64,000 nt of DNA from Clostridia bacterium (GTDB taxonomy: Bacteria > Bacillota > Clostridia > Oscillospirales > CAG-272): assembly GCA_017451735.1 (NCBI GenBank), contig JAFTNU010000034.1, positions 3,519 through 67,518 of the forward strand. Direction: 5' to 3'. The position numbers and the translations under genes are program-made. Shown in pieces: positions 1 through 10,032 of this stretch (position 1 is the first letter of the stretch; each line of letters opens with the position of its first letter). Below the pieces are notes generated by a model. It did not search any database. It was not told the DNA's origin and was given only the letters and a program-made list of their open reading frames with translations.

Positions 1-1970
1 GCTCCGCCTACGGCTCATCACTCCGTGTGCGGGTAACCGAATTGGAGGGGGAGCCTTGCCGCATTCGCGCTTTACTGACGACCGAGAATCTATCTCCGTT
101 ATATCTGGGGGACACCGTTTCGGGCCGTGTGAATTGTGCGGATATTGCCGCAAGCTGCTACTACGAGGGGCAGGAAAGCTCCTATGTGGCAGACGGCATG
201 GTTGCTACCCTTGAGGTGAGCGAAGAAAGCGAGCCGACACTGATCAAAAGCGGGAGTGGCAGCTTTGCCGCCCGGCTGTCGGATTTCCGTTATCGGCTTC
301 ACCACCGCTTGACCGAGGCCGTGAAGGGCGAAAAGGGGGAATTGATCGGCGCATTGCTTCTGGGGATTCGCGATCCGTTGGAGAACAGCACCGTACGGGA
401 TTTCCGTCGTGTGGGGCTTTCCCATCTTCTGGCGCTGAGCGGATTGCACCTTTCGGTTCTGGTGGGGATCCTCGATCTTTTCCTGCGCGCTGTGCGCCTT
501 GGCAAACGACCTCGGATTTGTGCCTTGTTCCTGTTCTGCATCGGATATCTGTTTTTGACGGGGTGCTCATTTTCCATGCTCCGCGCGGTGCTGATGCTAT
601 GTATTCTGCAGGCCGCCTTTTTCTGCAAAGGGGATTATGACGCTTTTACCGCCCTTTGCTTTGGCGGCGCCGCCATGGTGATGATGGCGCCGGGTGCTGT
701 GTTTGATCTTTCCTTTCAAATGACCATGCTGGCCACCTTCGGTATCCTTGCCTTTGGCCCCTTGCAGACACGGCTGACACGGTGGATCCCTGCCTGCAAG
801 GGGATACGGGGCATTCTGTACAGGGCACTGCGCGCAGTCATTTCCTCCTTGCTGATCACCCTGTCTGCAACGGTGGCCATCCTGCCCATTCAGTGGCTGA
901 TCTTTGGCGAAATGTCGATTCTGACACCACTGGCCAATCTTTTGATGATCCCGCTTACGGCACCGCTTCTCACGCTGGGGCTTTTGATGCTGGCGCTTTG
1001 CGCGGTTCCTTGGTTGACGGCAATCCTGGGGATACCGGCCGGAGCTATAGCCGAGCTGATGCTGGCAGTGACCTCACGGCTCTCTCCATGGGAGGGCATG
1101 GTCTCGCTCCGATACGATTTTGTCCCTTTCATTTTGATACCGCTCTTTCTTGTAACGGCGGTGTTGCTTTGTGTGGATCTGAAAAAGCGGGCTCCCTTGG
1201 TGCTGACTCCCGTGGCGGTGGCGGCGATTGCCTTTGCCGTCTGTCTTGCCGTCAGCAATCATATGGGAAGCGGGAAGGTAGAGGCGGTCTATCGGAATGT
1301 CGGCAAAAATGAGGGACTTCTGCTACTTCGGAACGGCAATGCCGTGCTTTGCGATATTTCCAACGGTAGCCGAACACAGCTTCAAGAAGATTATATGCTT
1401 CTCCAACAGCATTGTGCCACCGACATAGATGTGCTGTTGCTCACCCATTATCATGAGCGGCAGATAGCGTCCCTCTCCGATTTTTCCGGTATGGTGATGA
1501 TCCGCTCACTGTGGTTGCCCGAGCCGCAGAACGATAGTGACAAAGAGATCCTTGTCGATCTGCTTCGTGTGGCGATGCAGGCAGAGCTTCCGGTTACGAT
1601 TTACGCATATGACACACCTCTTACCGTATTCGGTGCAGGGGAGATCACGGTTTTAGCACCGCTATACGAGGATCGATCGGTCGAGCCTGCCCTTTGGATG
1701 GATGTGCTTATTGGAGAAACGAGCCTGACCTATCAGAGCGGCGCCTATTCCGAGTACGCTCGCCATGCGGGAAAGGAAGAGCCTCACGTTGCAGATTATC
1801 TGATCCTGGGTTCACACGGCCCCGTGCCCCATGAAGCGGTCTTACCCATTCTCGCGGAGTCCCCGCGGGAGATTGTGATCGCTCATGAAAGGATTCTGCT
1901 GTGCTATGAGCCGCTCTTTGATACGCGCTATGTATATCTTCCTGCAGAGCGCACCTATGTTTTAAAATAA
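1..1970 (+). CDS. comEC: ComEC/Rec2 family DNA-internalization competence protein (5' end outside window)
   Basis: ORF 27..1970 stays open in frame to the window edge. It has a polytopic core with GLSHLLALSGLHLSVLVG (ComEC competence-domain signature) and a C-terminal metallo-beta-lactamase-like LLLTHYHERQ. Confidence 0.85.
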   Translation, partial: SAYGSSLRVRVTELEGEPCRIRALLTTENLSPLYLGDTVSGRVNCADIAASCYYEGQESSYVADGMVATLEVSEESEPTLIKSGSGSFAARLSDFRYRLHHRLTEAVKGEKGELIGALLLGIRDPLENSTVRDFRRVGLSHLLALSGLHLSVLVGILDLFLRAVRLGKRPRICALFLFCIGYLFLTGCSFSMLRAVLMLCILQAAFFCKGDYDAFTALCFGGAAMVMMAPGAVFDLSFQMTMLATFGILAFGPLQTRLTRWIPACKGIRGILYRALRAVISSLLITLSATVAILPIQWLIFGEMSILTPLANLLMIPLTAPLLTLGLLMLALCAVPWLTAILGIPAGAIAELMLAVTSRLSPWEGMVSLRYDFVPFILIPLFLVTAVLLCVDLKKRAPLVLTPVAVAAIAFAVCLAVSNHMGSGKVEAVYRNVGKNEGLLLLRNGNAVLCDISNGSRTQLQEDYMLLQQHCATDIDVLLLTHYHERQIASLSDFSGMVMIRSLWLPEPQNDSDKEILVDLLRVAMQAELPVTIYAYDTPLTVFGAGEITVLAPLYEDRSVEPALWMDVLIGETSLTYQSGAYSEYARHAGKEEPHVADYLILGSHGPVPHEAVLPILAESPREIVIAHERILLCYEPLFDTRYVYLPAERTYVLK

Positions 1971-2057
1971 TTTCGACTTTTTTCGTACCGATTTTGTCAA
2001 ATCATCGGACTTCGCATAAGATATTAGGGAAGAGCCGTTTTACATGAGGAGCCTTGT

Positions 2058-2957
2058 GTGGTTGCGGCTCGCAATTCGATAAGGAGGGCCCTTTACCTTA
2101 TGGGAGATAACAGATTTTCCTGTTCCGGCAACAATGCGTCCAATGCCCGTGACAGCTTCGGCATCGAAGCATCGCGTATTCTGGATGCCTGCCGCGACAG
2201 AGATTGTTTTGAAGATGTCCGCGTGTTCCTGACTGCCGTCGGCGAGGATCTGATCACGCGTACCAACAGTGTGCGCGTCAAATGCGCCAAGCTTTGCGGT
2301 GCCAACATCGTCACCGATCCCATTCAGTTCAACCGCGGATTTTTCTCGGTCAATATCAAATTCTACGTGAACCTTGTGTTTGAGGTTTGCGTGCCCATGG
2401 GGCAGTCCCAGGAATTCGAGGGGCTTGCCGTACTGGAAAAGCGCGTGGTGCTTTATGGCGGCGAGAGCAATGTCCGCGTATTCCGCAGCAGCGAGAGCGA
2501 GGGCTTCTGCTCGATGCCCGAGCCTGTCTGCTGTGCCAAGAATAAGCCCGAGGCGGTGGTCGAGGTGGTTGAGCCCGTGGTGCTCGGTGCCCGCATTGTG
2601 GAGCGTTGCTCCGATTGCCGTTGCTGCTGCTCCTGCTCCGATATTCCGTTGCAGATCCTGGATACCGTCAACGGTACGCTGGTGGAGTGCGGAACCGATG
2701 ACAATCGCTCTCTGGCAGTATCCCTGGGGCTGTTCTCGGTGGTTCGCCTGGTGCGCGAGGGCCAGCTTCTGGTGCAGGCAACCGACTTCTGCTTGCCTGA
2801 CAAGGAGTGCTGTGAGCCCGATGAAGAGGACCCCTGCAGCACCTTCCGCAAGATGGCTTTCCCCACCTCGGAGTTCTGTCCCATCACCTCTCCCGTTACC
2901 ACCTCCAATGGCAGTAACGGCAGCTCCCGTTCCTCCCGCTGCTGCGGCAATTCCTAA
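2058..2957 (+). CDS. Cysteine-cluster protein, family not recognised
   Basis: Long ORF with two plausible starts: GAGGAG 6 nt before GTG 2058, or AAGGAGGG 11 nt before ATG 2100. The 285-aa ATG form has 23 Cys (DACRDRDC, PVCC, RCSDCRCCCSCSD, KECCEPDEEDPC, C-terminal SRCCGNS). A strong hairpin follows. Confidence 0.6.
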   Translation: MVAARNSIRRALYLMGDNRFSCSGNNASNARDSFGIEASRILDACRDRDCFEDVRVFLTAVGEDLITRTNSVRVKCAKLCGANIVTDPIQFNRGFFSVNIKFYVNLVFEVCVPMGQSQEFEGLAVLEKRVVLYGGESNVRVFRSSESEGFCSMPEPVCCAKNKPEAVVEVVEPVVLGARIVERCSDCRCCCSCSDIPLQILDTVNGTLVECGTDDNRSLAVSLGLFSVVRLVREGQLLVQATDFCLPDKECCEPDEEDPCSTFRKMAFPTSEFCPITSPVTTSNGSNGSSRSSRCCGNS

Positions 2958-2960
2958 GTA

Positions 2961-3000
2961 AAAAACGACCCGACCGAATCATTTCGGTCGGGTCGTTTTT
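2961..3000. terminator. Bidirectional intrinsic terminator
   Basis: Perfect 18-bp stem AAAAACGACCCGACCGAA / TTCGGTCGGGTCGTTTTT with loop TCAT and A/T runs on both sides. It overlaps the last codons of the convergent AraC gene. Confidence 0.75.
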
Positions 3001-3791
3001 GTGCGGTACTGTGAGGGCGTTATCCCCGTGGCATGCTTGAATACCCGGTTGAACTGTGACGGGGTATTGAATCCGCATTCATATCCCACATCGATGATAG
3101 GCAGTGCTTTTTCCTCCAGCATCCGCTTGGCGCATTCAATGCGCAGATCGGTCAGATACTGCTTAAAGGCAACTCCCGTACTGTCGTGAAACAGATGGGA
3201 AAAGTAGGTTTTGGTAACACCGAACTCGTCGGCAAAGGTCTGCAGAGAAATCTGCTCGGCGGGGTTGGTCAGCATATAGACAATGCTTTTACGTACGATG
3301 GGGTTCAGATCCCGCGAAAGGGACGAGGCGGAATGTCCTTCCTCCAGAATGCCGATCAGAATACAGTTAAGCAGATGGGCAAGGTGTCGCTCACGGTAGG
3401 GTGAGGCCCCTGCAAAAACAGTATAGAGGCTTTCGATCTCTCCCCGCAGGGTATCGGACAAGCCGTAAAGGGCAATGGGGTCGGCGGTGATGGCACCCAG
3501 CAATTGATCGTCCACGATCTGCTCGCTGAAAGAAATAATGATGGAATGGGAGCCGGTCACCTCCTCGGTGACGATCTCATGGAAATCCTTGGGGGTCAGC
3601 AAAAACAGGCAATTTTCGGAAAGGACAAATTTTTCGCCGTTGAGATTGCAGTACCCCTTGCATCCATTGTAATAGATGATCTCAAAGTAGTTGTGCCAAT
3701 GCTTTTTGAACCAGGTTTGATTGCGCTTTTTGTTGACATGGATCAATCCGCCGCGCAGCATCTCCCTCTCAAATTTATAGATCGTTCCCAT
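2979..3791 (-). CDS. AraC family transcriptional regulator (cupin N-domain plus C-terminal HTH)
   Basis: C-terminal AraC-type HTH (FADEFGVTKTYFSHLFHDSTGVAFKQYLTDLRIECAKRML ... GFNTPSQFNRVFKHATGITPSQYR). AAGGAG lies 7 nt before the ATG. Confidence 0.85.
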   Translation of the reverse strand: MGTIYKFEREMLRGGLIHVNKKRNQTWFKKHWHNYFEIIYYNGCKGYCNLNGEKFVLSENCLFLLTPKDFHEIVTEEVTGSHSIIISFSEQIVDDQLLGAITADPIALYGLSDTLRGEIESLYTVFAGASPYRERHLAHLLNCILIGILEEGHSASSLSRDLNPIVRKSIVYMLTNPAEQISLQTFADEFGVTKTYFSHLFHDSTGVAFKQYLTDLRIECAKRMLEEKALPIIDVGYECGFNTPSQFNRVFKHATGITPSQYRTKTTRPK

Positions 3792-3911
3792 CTCATCACT
3801 CCTTTGGGATCATTGTAGCACAGTACCGCAAAAAATGCAATGTTTTTTGCAATGAACAGCAAGAAATGTTAGGTGCAAAATGATACAATAAAGAAAAAGG
3901 AGGGCATAACC

Positions 3912-5882
3912 ATGGAACAACAACGCTTTTTGTATGGTACCGTGATCAAATTGACACGAGAAGATACCTTAGAGGATATTGAGAAAAATTTTGTACAGAT
4001 GAGGGAGAACGGTCTTGACACGGTGGTCGTGTGGCCGTCTGCATTCTGGTGGGAAGAAAAAAAGGAGGGATATCCGTTCAATACGGGCAAGGTACTTCTT
4101 CAGATTGCCGAGCGCGTAGGGCTCGGGATCATCATGGAGCTGGCGGGACAACTGCCGATGATGGAATACATCCCGGATTTTCAGATGAAGGATGACTATT
4201 ACGCCGTGGATGAAAAGGGGAACAAGAAGCTGAAGCCTGCCAGCTTCGGGTATCTGAATTATTTCCACCCCGAGGTCGACGCTCTCATCTGCGCGCATTA
4301 TGAGAAAACAGCTCTCGCATACAGAGATTTTCCTGCATTGATCGGCTATGATATTTTCAACGAGACCATGTTCGCCTCCTATGACGAGCACACCTTGGGT
4401 CGGTTCCGTCTTTGGCTGCAGAAAAAATATAAGACCATAGAGGAATTGAATGCGGTGTGGGAGCGGACCTATACCGATTTCTCGCAGGTCGCTTACGCTC
4501 CCTGGATGTGGATGAGCATTGCCCCCGCCGCCGATTGGGGCGCCTTCCGTAAGGCTTCTACAGGGATCTATCTGAAAAACTGGTGTGATGCCATCCGCAA
4601 GGTGGACGACAAGCATCCGTTGATCGCAGACAATATCGGTTCCATGATTACGAACGGGACAGGAACCTACGAGCGCCCCCAGGATGACTATGCGCTCAAG
4701 GAGACAGTGGACGAGATCGGTATGTCCTTTTATCCCAAGGGAGTCGCGGGATGCAAGACACCTTACACACGATGGACTACCTTTGATGCGTTTTTCTCCG
4801 CCTCAAAACGGGAGGGGTTCTATATCTCGGAAATGCAGACCCACATTCAGGCCCTGTTCAATCCGACCACGTGTGTGCGCCCGTATGAGCTGAAGCAATG
4901 GTGCTACGAGGCACTGGCGGGTGGCGCAAAGGGGTTGATCTATTGGATGTGGCGTCCCTTTACCAAGGGCCTGCAGACCGCAGGCAGGGGATTGGTGGAT
5001 TATAAGAATCGCAGTACGCCCCGTTTGGCGTTTGCCAAGGCCTTTTCGGAAGCGGTAGAAGGCATCGGTGCACTGAAGCCCATCAGATCCAAGGTCGGCA
5101 TTCTGTTTGACGGGCAATGTCACGATTTTCAGGTATGCTATACCAGATGCTATAAGGTCGATCAGAATCTTTACATGAATTCGCTTTGCGGTGCTTATCA
5201 GGCCATGTGGGACGCAGGTGTGCGGTGTGATATCGTCAAATTGGAAGAGATCAAGGAATATAAAATGCTGATCCTTTCCAATCATATCGTCATCGGAGAG
5301 GATACCGCCGAGATACTGACAGAATACGTAAGAGCAGGCGGTATCATTGTTTGTGACGGTAAGATCGGCATTGTGAACGAGCGTACCATGCTGAATGATG
5401 TATTGCCCGGCGGGGCCTTCAACAAGGCCATGGGATGCGAGTTCATTGACACCGATTACGAAGGACTTGACTTTACCTGCCATGACAAGTCCTACAACGG
5501 CTTTTACGGCAGAGAGCTGGTGGAGGTGACCGAAGGTCGCGTTATAGGTACCTTTGCCGACGGATCTCCCGCCGTGGTGGAGAAAGTATCGGGGCGTGGT
5601 AAGGTGATCACCGTGAATACCTATCTGTGGTACGGTCACAATCGGCAATGCGGCAATGCCGATGCGTTTGCCGCCGCATTGGCAGACGCTTACGACTTGC
5701 GAGATGTTACCGTGACTGCACCCTTGAAGATCCGCATATCCGAAAATAAGAATGCACGCTTTGTCTTCGTGTTCAATTATACCGATGAGCCTGTCAGCGG
5801 AGAAATTATGGGAAGCGGCTTTGACGGTCCTGTCACCGTGGGAGCGCAGGATGTGGTTGTGTTGAAAAAGGAGAGAACATGA
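3912..5882 (+). CDS. Glycoside hydrolase family 42-like enzyme (beta-galactosidase / alpha-L-arabinopyranosidase family)
   Basis: ATG 3912 lies 7 nt after AAAAAGGAGGG. TIM-barrel motifs are FNETMF (acid/base NE) and FYISEMQ (nucleophile E), followed by a GH42-type middle domain (GGIIVCDGKIG). No signal peptide. Confidence 0.7.
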   Translation: MEQQRFLYGTVIKLTREDTLEDIEKNFVQMRENGLDTVVVWPSAFWWEEKKEGYPFNTGKVLLQIAERVGLGIIMELAGQLPMMEYIPDFQMKDDYYAVDEKGNKKLKPASFGYLNYFHPEVDALICAHYEKTALAYRDFPALIGYDIFNETMFASYDEHTLGRFRLWLQKKYKTIEELNAVWERTYTDFSQVAYAPWMWMSIAPAADWGAFRKASTGIYLKNWCDAIRKVDDKHPLIADNIGSMITNGTGTYERPQDDYALKETVDEIGMSFYPKGVAGCKTPYTRWTTFDAFFSASKREGFYISEMQTHIQALFNPTTCVRPYELKQWCYEALAGGAKGLIYWMWRPFTKGLQTAGRGLVDYKNRSTPRLAFAKAFSEAVEGIGALKPIRSKVGILFDGQCHDFQVCYTRCYKVDQNLYMNSLCGAYQAMWDAGVRCDIVKLEEIKEYKMLILSNHIVIGEDTAEILTEYVRAGGIIVCDGKIGIVNERTMLNDVLPGGAFNKAMGCEFIDTDYEGLDFTCHDKSYNGFYGRELVEVTEGRVIGTFADGSPAVVEKVSGRGKVITVNTYLWYGHNRQCGNADAFAAALADAYDLRDVTVTAPLKIRISENKNARFVFVFNYTDEPVSGEIMGSGFDGPVTVGAQDVVVLKKERT

Positions 5883-6883
5883 AAAGGCCCTTATTGCAGA
5901 CCGAAAACCGTGTGTTCCGTACCTATCGGGGCGGAAAGCTGCTGGAGACATTTTTGAGCAAGCCCGATCCCGCCGATTCCTTTCAACCGGAGGATTGGAT
6001 CTCCTCCTTTGTGGAGGCAAAAAACAAGAATGCCATCAAGGGAGAGGGCATTTCCCGTGTGTTGACCGAAAAAGGGGAGATGCCGATCACCGAAGCCGTC
6101 ACGGCCGCGGATTTCGGCCCCGGGCGAACCGAGAGCGGGGTCTTGGTAAAATATCTGAATTCCGCCGAACGCCTCGGCATTCAGGTGCATCCTACGCCCG
6201 ACTTTTCCCGACGGTATTTCGGTACAAATTACGGAAAGACCGAGTGCTGGCACATTCTCGAAACAGATGGAGATGCGGCCGTATATATTGGCTTTCGGGA
6301 GGGCATTACCAAGGAAAGCTGGGCCACCCTGTTCCATCGGCAGGACATTGCGGGGATGCTGGACTGCCTCCACCGCTTTCCGGTCAAAAAAGGGGACACA
6401 GTCCTGGTACGGGCGGGCACACCGCACGCCATTGGTGCAGGATGCTTTTTGCTTGAGATACAGGAGCCTACCGACTATACCATGCGTTTGGAAAAGGTGA
6501 CAGTGGCGGGAGAGGCTCTCACGCCTATGCAGATTCATTACGGTGTAGGCGAGGAAGCGCTGTTAGAGTGCTTCATCTATGAAGGGCTTGGCAGAGAAGA
6601 GGCGAGGGAAAAATTTTTTCTCGAGCCGCAGGATAAGAATGGCGTTATCACCCTTGTCTCTTATGCGGACACCGCTTGCTTTTCTCTGGCCAAGCTGCAA
6701 GAGAGAGGGACTGTTACCACGGATAGCTTCGTGACGCTGGTGATCACCAAGAGCGGAGGCTTACTGGTGGGAGGCGAGCGCCTTTCGGTTAAAAAAGGCG
6801 AAAAATGGTTTGTTCCTTACGGTTGCGGTCAAATAATCGTAGAAAGCGGCGAGGTGATTGTTTGTTACCCGCCCAAAATCTGA
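5879..6883 (+). CDS. Class I mannose-6-phosphate isomerase-like cupin
   Basis: Type I PMI motifs GIQVHPT, ECWHILE and AGTPHAIG. The start overlaps the GH42 stop (ATGA). Confidence 0.7.
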   Translation: MKRPLLQTENRVFRTYRGGKLLETFLSKPDPADSFQPEDWISSFVEAKNKNAIKGEGISRVLTEKGEMPITEAVTAADFGPGRTESGVLVKYLNSAERLGIQVHPTPDFSRRYFGTNYGKTECWHILETDGDAAVYIGFREGITKESWATLFHRQDIAGMLDCLHRFPVKKGDTVLVRAGTPHAIGAGCFLLEIQEPTDYTMRLEKVTVAGEALTPMQIHYGVGEEALLECFIYEGLGREEAREKFFLEPQDKNGVITLVSYADTACFSLAKLQERGTVTTDSFVTLVITKSGGLLVGGERLSVKKGEKWFVPYGCGQIIVESGEVIVCYPPKI

Positions 6884-6895
6884 AAGGAGAAGCAT

Positions 6896-8773
6896 ATGCT
6901 GCACACAAGACAGGATCTGATGAATTTGGCAAAGGCCTCCTACATTCCGTTATTGGAGCGGGCGGCCCGCCGCTATGAAAGCAACGAGATTTATTTGGTT
7001 ATTGATCATGTCGGCTATGAATGCACCCGTATCGAGGAGCTGTTTCGCCCCCTGTGGGGCATTGCCCCCTTTTTGTCGGAATCGGATTTCAAGATCACCG
7101 TATCCGGCAAGCCGATACATGTTTGCGATTTTATCACCAAGATTATTTTGGAGGGGACGGCGTCCGATTCTCCCCGCCGTTTCGATCGCAACGTGACAGA
7201 CGATACCCGCGTGAGCTTTGCAAATCAATGCATTACCGAGATCGCGGCTTATCTTGTAGCCGTTCATTTTGCAAAGGAGGTGCTTTGGGAGCCGCTGAGC
7301 GCGGCGCAAAAGGATCAGATTGCGGGATGGATACACCAGACTGCCATGATCGCGCTGAAAAAATCCTGGCCCAATAACCATTATTGGTATCCTGTGATGA
7401 GCATTGAGATCCTGCGCGAGCTGGGGTATTGGGATCCCGAAGCCGAGCCTTATTTGCAGGAGGCTTATAAGGCCCTGGAAGAGCTGTATGTGGGGAACGG
7501 ATGGTATTGTGACGGAAAGGAATTTGGACGCTTTGACTATTACGAGGCCTGGGCCCATCAAACATACACGCTGCTGTGGATCTTGATTGCCGACAAGGCT
7601 GCGCCGGATTACGCCGAGCGGTGCGAGCGTTATAAGCGACGTACCGAGGCATATTTGCGGCTTTACACCCACTATTTTGATGCGGACGGTGGCCTGCCCG
7701 CTTACGGACGTTCGCTCAGCTATCGCTTTGCGGCAGTGAGTGTGTTTGGTCTGGCGGCGTTGGTGGGATGTGATATGGATTTGGGTCTTGCCAAGAGCAT
7801 CATTCTTCGGAACATCGATTATTTCTTTACCCAAAGCCTCCCCACCGAGGATGGATGCTTTTCTCCCGGCTATCTCTATCCTTCCATGCGATTTGCGGAA
7901 AACTATGCCTCCGACGGTGCCACCTGCTGTTATACCGAGGGCTTTATGTGCTTGCTGGCCGGAGAGGATCATCCTCTCTGGACGGCCGAGGTAAAGCCGT
8001 TGCATATTGAAAAAGGGGATTATCTGATCGAGTGCCCGGTGGAAAAATTGGATTTTCTCTTGCAGGGTGAAAAGGATTACGGTGGGGTGACCCTGTTTAA
8101 CAATGCGATCCATTATTTCCAGACGAGAAACTATGCTTTTAATGATATGTGCGGCTATTACAGCAAGTTTTGCTACAATTCACGGGCGGGATTTGCGCTT
8201 TCCACCAGAGATAAGCCCTCCTTTGACAATATGATCACCCTTTCCACGCCGGATAAGAGTATGACCTCCTTGCGCGGTAAGATTTATACGGTCAGCTCAA
8301 CAAAGGAGCTTCTGATTTCCTATCACATTCCATTCAGCAATGACCCGGAAACGCGTATAACCACTTGGACATTACCGCTTTCCAAGGGATATCATGTTCG
8401 AATCCATAAGGTGGAGCTCGCGCGCCCCTACGAGATCCGCGAGGGCGGCTTCTGCATTGGTGTGACGGATGACAGCTGGCGTTACGAGAATGGAAGACTA
8501 TGCTATGGGAACGCCGTCAGCTCGATCAGAGTGGTTAGTGATACGGAAAGTAAATTTGAATTGCAAAAGATTCATCCCGGTATGCACAATTTGCGTCCAA
8601 TGGCATACTATCCCACATGGAAAACCAAGGAGCTGCCCAAGGGGAGCTATATCTTTGCAACTACCGTCTTTTTTTCCACAGATAAAATTCCGCAAGAGGA
8701 ACCTCGGGTGACGCTCAGTGGTAACACCGTCACCGTCGGCTTTGCGGGCAAAAATCAAACGGTATCTGTATAA
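6896..8773 (+). CDS. DUF2264 domain protein (probable glycoside hydrolase, possibly GH154-type)
   Basis: 625-aa ORF with GAAAGGAG before the ATG. The N-terminal region (ELFRPLWGIAPFL ...) and overall length resemble DUF2264 proteins found in glycan-utilisation loci. Family call is from memory. Confidence 0.65.
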   Translation: MLHTRQDLMNLAKASYIPLLERAARRYESNEIYLVIDHVGYECTRIEELFRPLWGIAPFLSESDFKITVSGKPIHVCDFITKIILEGTASDSPRRFDRNVTDDTRVSFANQCITEIAAYLVAVHFAKEVLWEPLSAAQKDQIAGWIHQTAMIALKKSWPNNHYWYPVMSIEILRELGYWDPEAEPYLQEAYKALEELYVGNGWYCDGKEFGRFDYYEAWAHQTYTLLWILIADKAAPDYAERCERYKRRTEAYLRLYTHYFDADGGLPAYGRSLSYRFAAVSVFGLAALVGCDMDLGLAKSIILRNIDYFFTQSLPTEDGCFSPGYLYPSMRFAENYASDGATCCYTEGFMCLLAGEDHPLWTAEVKPLHIEKGDYLIECPVEKLDFLLQGEKDYGGVTLFNNAIHYFQTRNYAFNDMCGYYSKFCYNSRAGFALSTRDKPSFDNMITLSTPDKSMTSLRGKIYTVSSTKELLISYHIPFSNDPETRITTWTLPLSKGYHVRIHKVELARPYEIREGGFCIGVTDDSWRYENGRLCYGNAVSSIRVVSDTESKFELQKIHPGMHNLRPMAYYPTWKTKELPKGSYIFATTVFFSTDKIPQEEPRVTLSGNTVTVGFAGKNQTVSV

Positions 8774-8823
8774 GACGGCCCCCTCCCGGGGCATCCGAGC
8801 GGTCGCATTCGGAATGATGACAA

Positions 8824-8868
8824 CAGCCCCGCGAACCGTAGTTCGCGGGGCTGTGCTTTATTTTATTT
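8824..8868 (+). terminator. Intrinsic terminator after the DUF2264 gene
   Basis: 13-bp GC-rich stem CAGCCCCGCGAAC / GTTCGCGGGGCTG with loop CGTA, followed by TGCTTTATTTTATTT. Confidence 0.7.
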
Positions 8869-9861
8869 GAGTCCCAGCTCTTCGTTTTCCCGCTCGATGC
8901 GGCGGTTACGGCGCCAACGGAAGGGGGAACAATGGTATCTTTCCTTAAACTGATTGTGGAAGAAGCTGGTGTTCTCATAGCCTACGGCAATGATGATATC
9001 GCCCACGGGCAGATCGGTCTCCTCCAAAAGGCGGGTCGCCTCCTTGAAGCGCTCCTCCTGCAGAAGCTGACTGAAGGTAAAGCCGCAAAGCTCACGGACA
9101 CGCTTGGACAGATAGGGAACGCTGAGTCCCAGCTTTTCGGCCAGCTCACTGAGTGTTGCGGTGCGGAAATCGGTTTGCAGATAGTCCTCGATACGGGCTT
9201 GCAGCAGCTCGGAATCGGAACGGTGACGGGCGGCGGCGATCATGCACTCGGGCAGCTCGCCGAAATAGCGTAAGATCAGCGCCACGGTGGCCTTGAGCGT
9301 ATCCACGCTTGTGATATCGTTCCCGACCAGAGCATAGGTCAGATTTTCAAACAGATTTTCCAAGGGGGGCACGCCCTCGGTGGAAAACAGCATGTATTCG
9401 GGTTCACCGTTGGAACGGATATTTTCTGCCATAAAAGAGGAGAGGGGGGAATTGGGGGGCAGGGCGGACGCCAGGGAATGAAAGCATTCGGTAGCCCGCA
9501 TGATATTGACGGCAAGATCGTTTTCTCCCGTTTTGCGTACGCTGTGCTGGGTATGACGGTTGAGAAGCAGGACATCCCCCGTCCGCATTTTGACCTCGCG
9601 GTGCTTGATGACATGAGTCACCTGTCCGCTGGCCACATATGTCATTTCCACATAGTTATGTCCATGGGCGGGGAAATCGGCAAAACGGGTGTGACGGCGC
9701 AGGGCGATCTGTTCGCCCTCCTGCATCAGGCGGTGACTGTTTACGATGAATTCCTTGGCAAAGGCGGTGTAAAGCCTTTTATTGACCTTGTGCTCACCGT
9801 CGAGAATCTTACGCTCCTCTTCGTTGATTTGGCCCAAACGTGTCAGTATATCTTCACGCAT
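8863..9861 (-). CDS. AraC family transcriptional regulator (cupin N-domain)
   Basis: C-terminal AraC HTH (LSELAEKLGLSVPYLSKRVRELCGFTFSQLLQEERFKEATRLL ... GYENTSFFHNQFKERYHCSPFRWR). Divergent from rhaA. Confidence 0.85.
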   Translation of the reverse strand: MREDILTRLGQINEEERKILDGEHKVNKRLYTAFAKEFIVNSHRLMQEGEQIALRRHTRFADFPAHGHNYVEMTYVASGQVTHVIKHREVKMRTGDVLLLNRHTQHSVRKTGENDLAVNIMRATECFHSLASALPPNSPLSSFMAENIRSNGEPEYMLFSTEGVPPLENLFENLTYALVGNDITSVDTLKATVALILRYFGELPECMIAAARHRSDSELLQARIEDYLQTDFRTATLSELAEKLGLSVPYLSKRVRELCGFTFSQLLQEERFKEATRLLEETDLPVGDIIIAVGYENTSFFHNQFKERYHCSPFRWRRNRRIERENEELGLK

Positions 9862-10032
9862 ATGTACTGCGCTCCTTTTGCGATGTTTTCCTCAGTATAG
9901 CACATAAATGCGATAATTGCAAGCCCTTTCATTAAAAATAGTTCTATTTTTGTGAAATAGACGCTCTTATTATTTGCGCGTATTTGTGTTACAATGGAAT
10001 CGTAAAGAATGATCGCAAGGGGGATTTTTACC

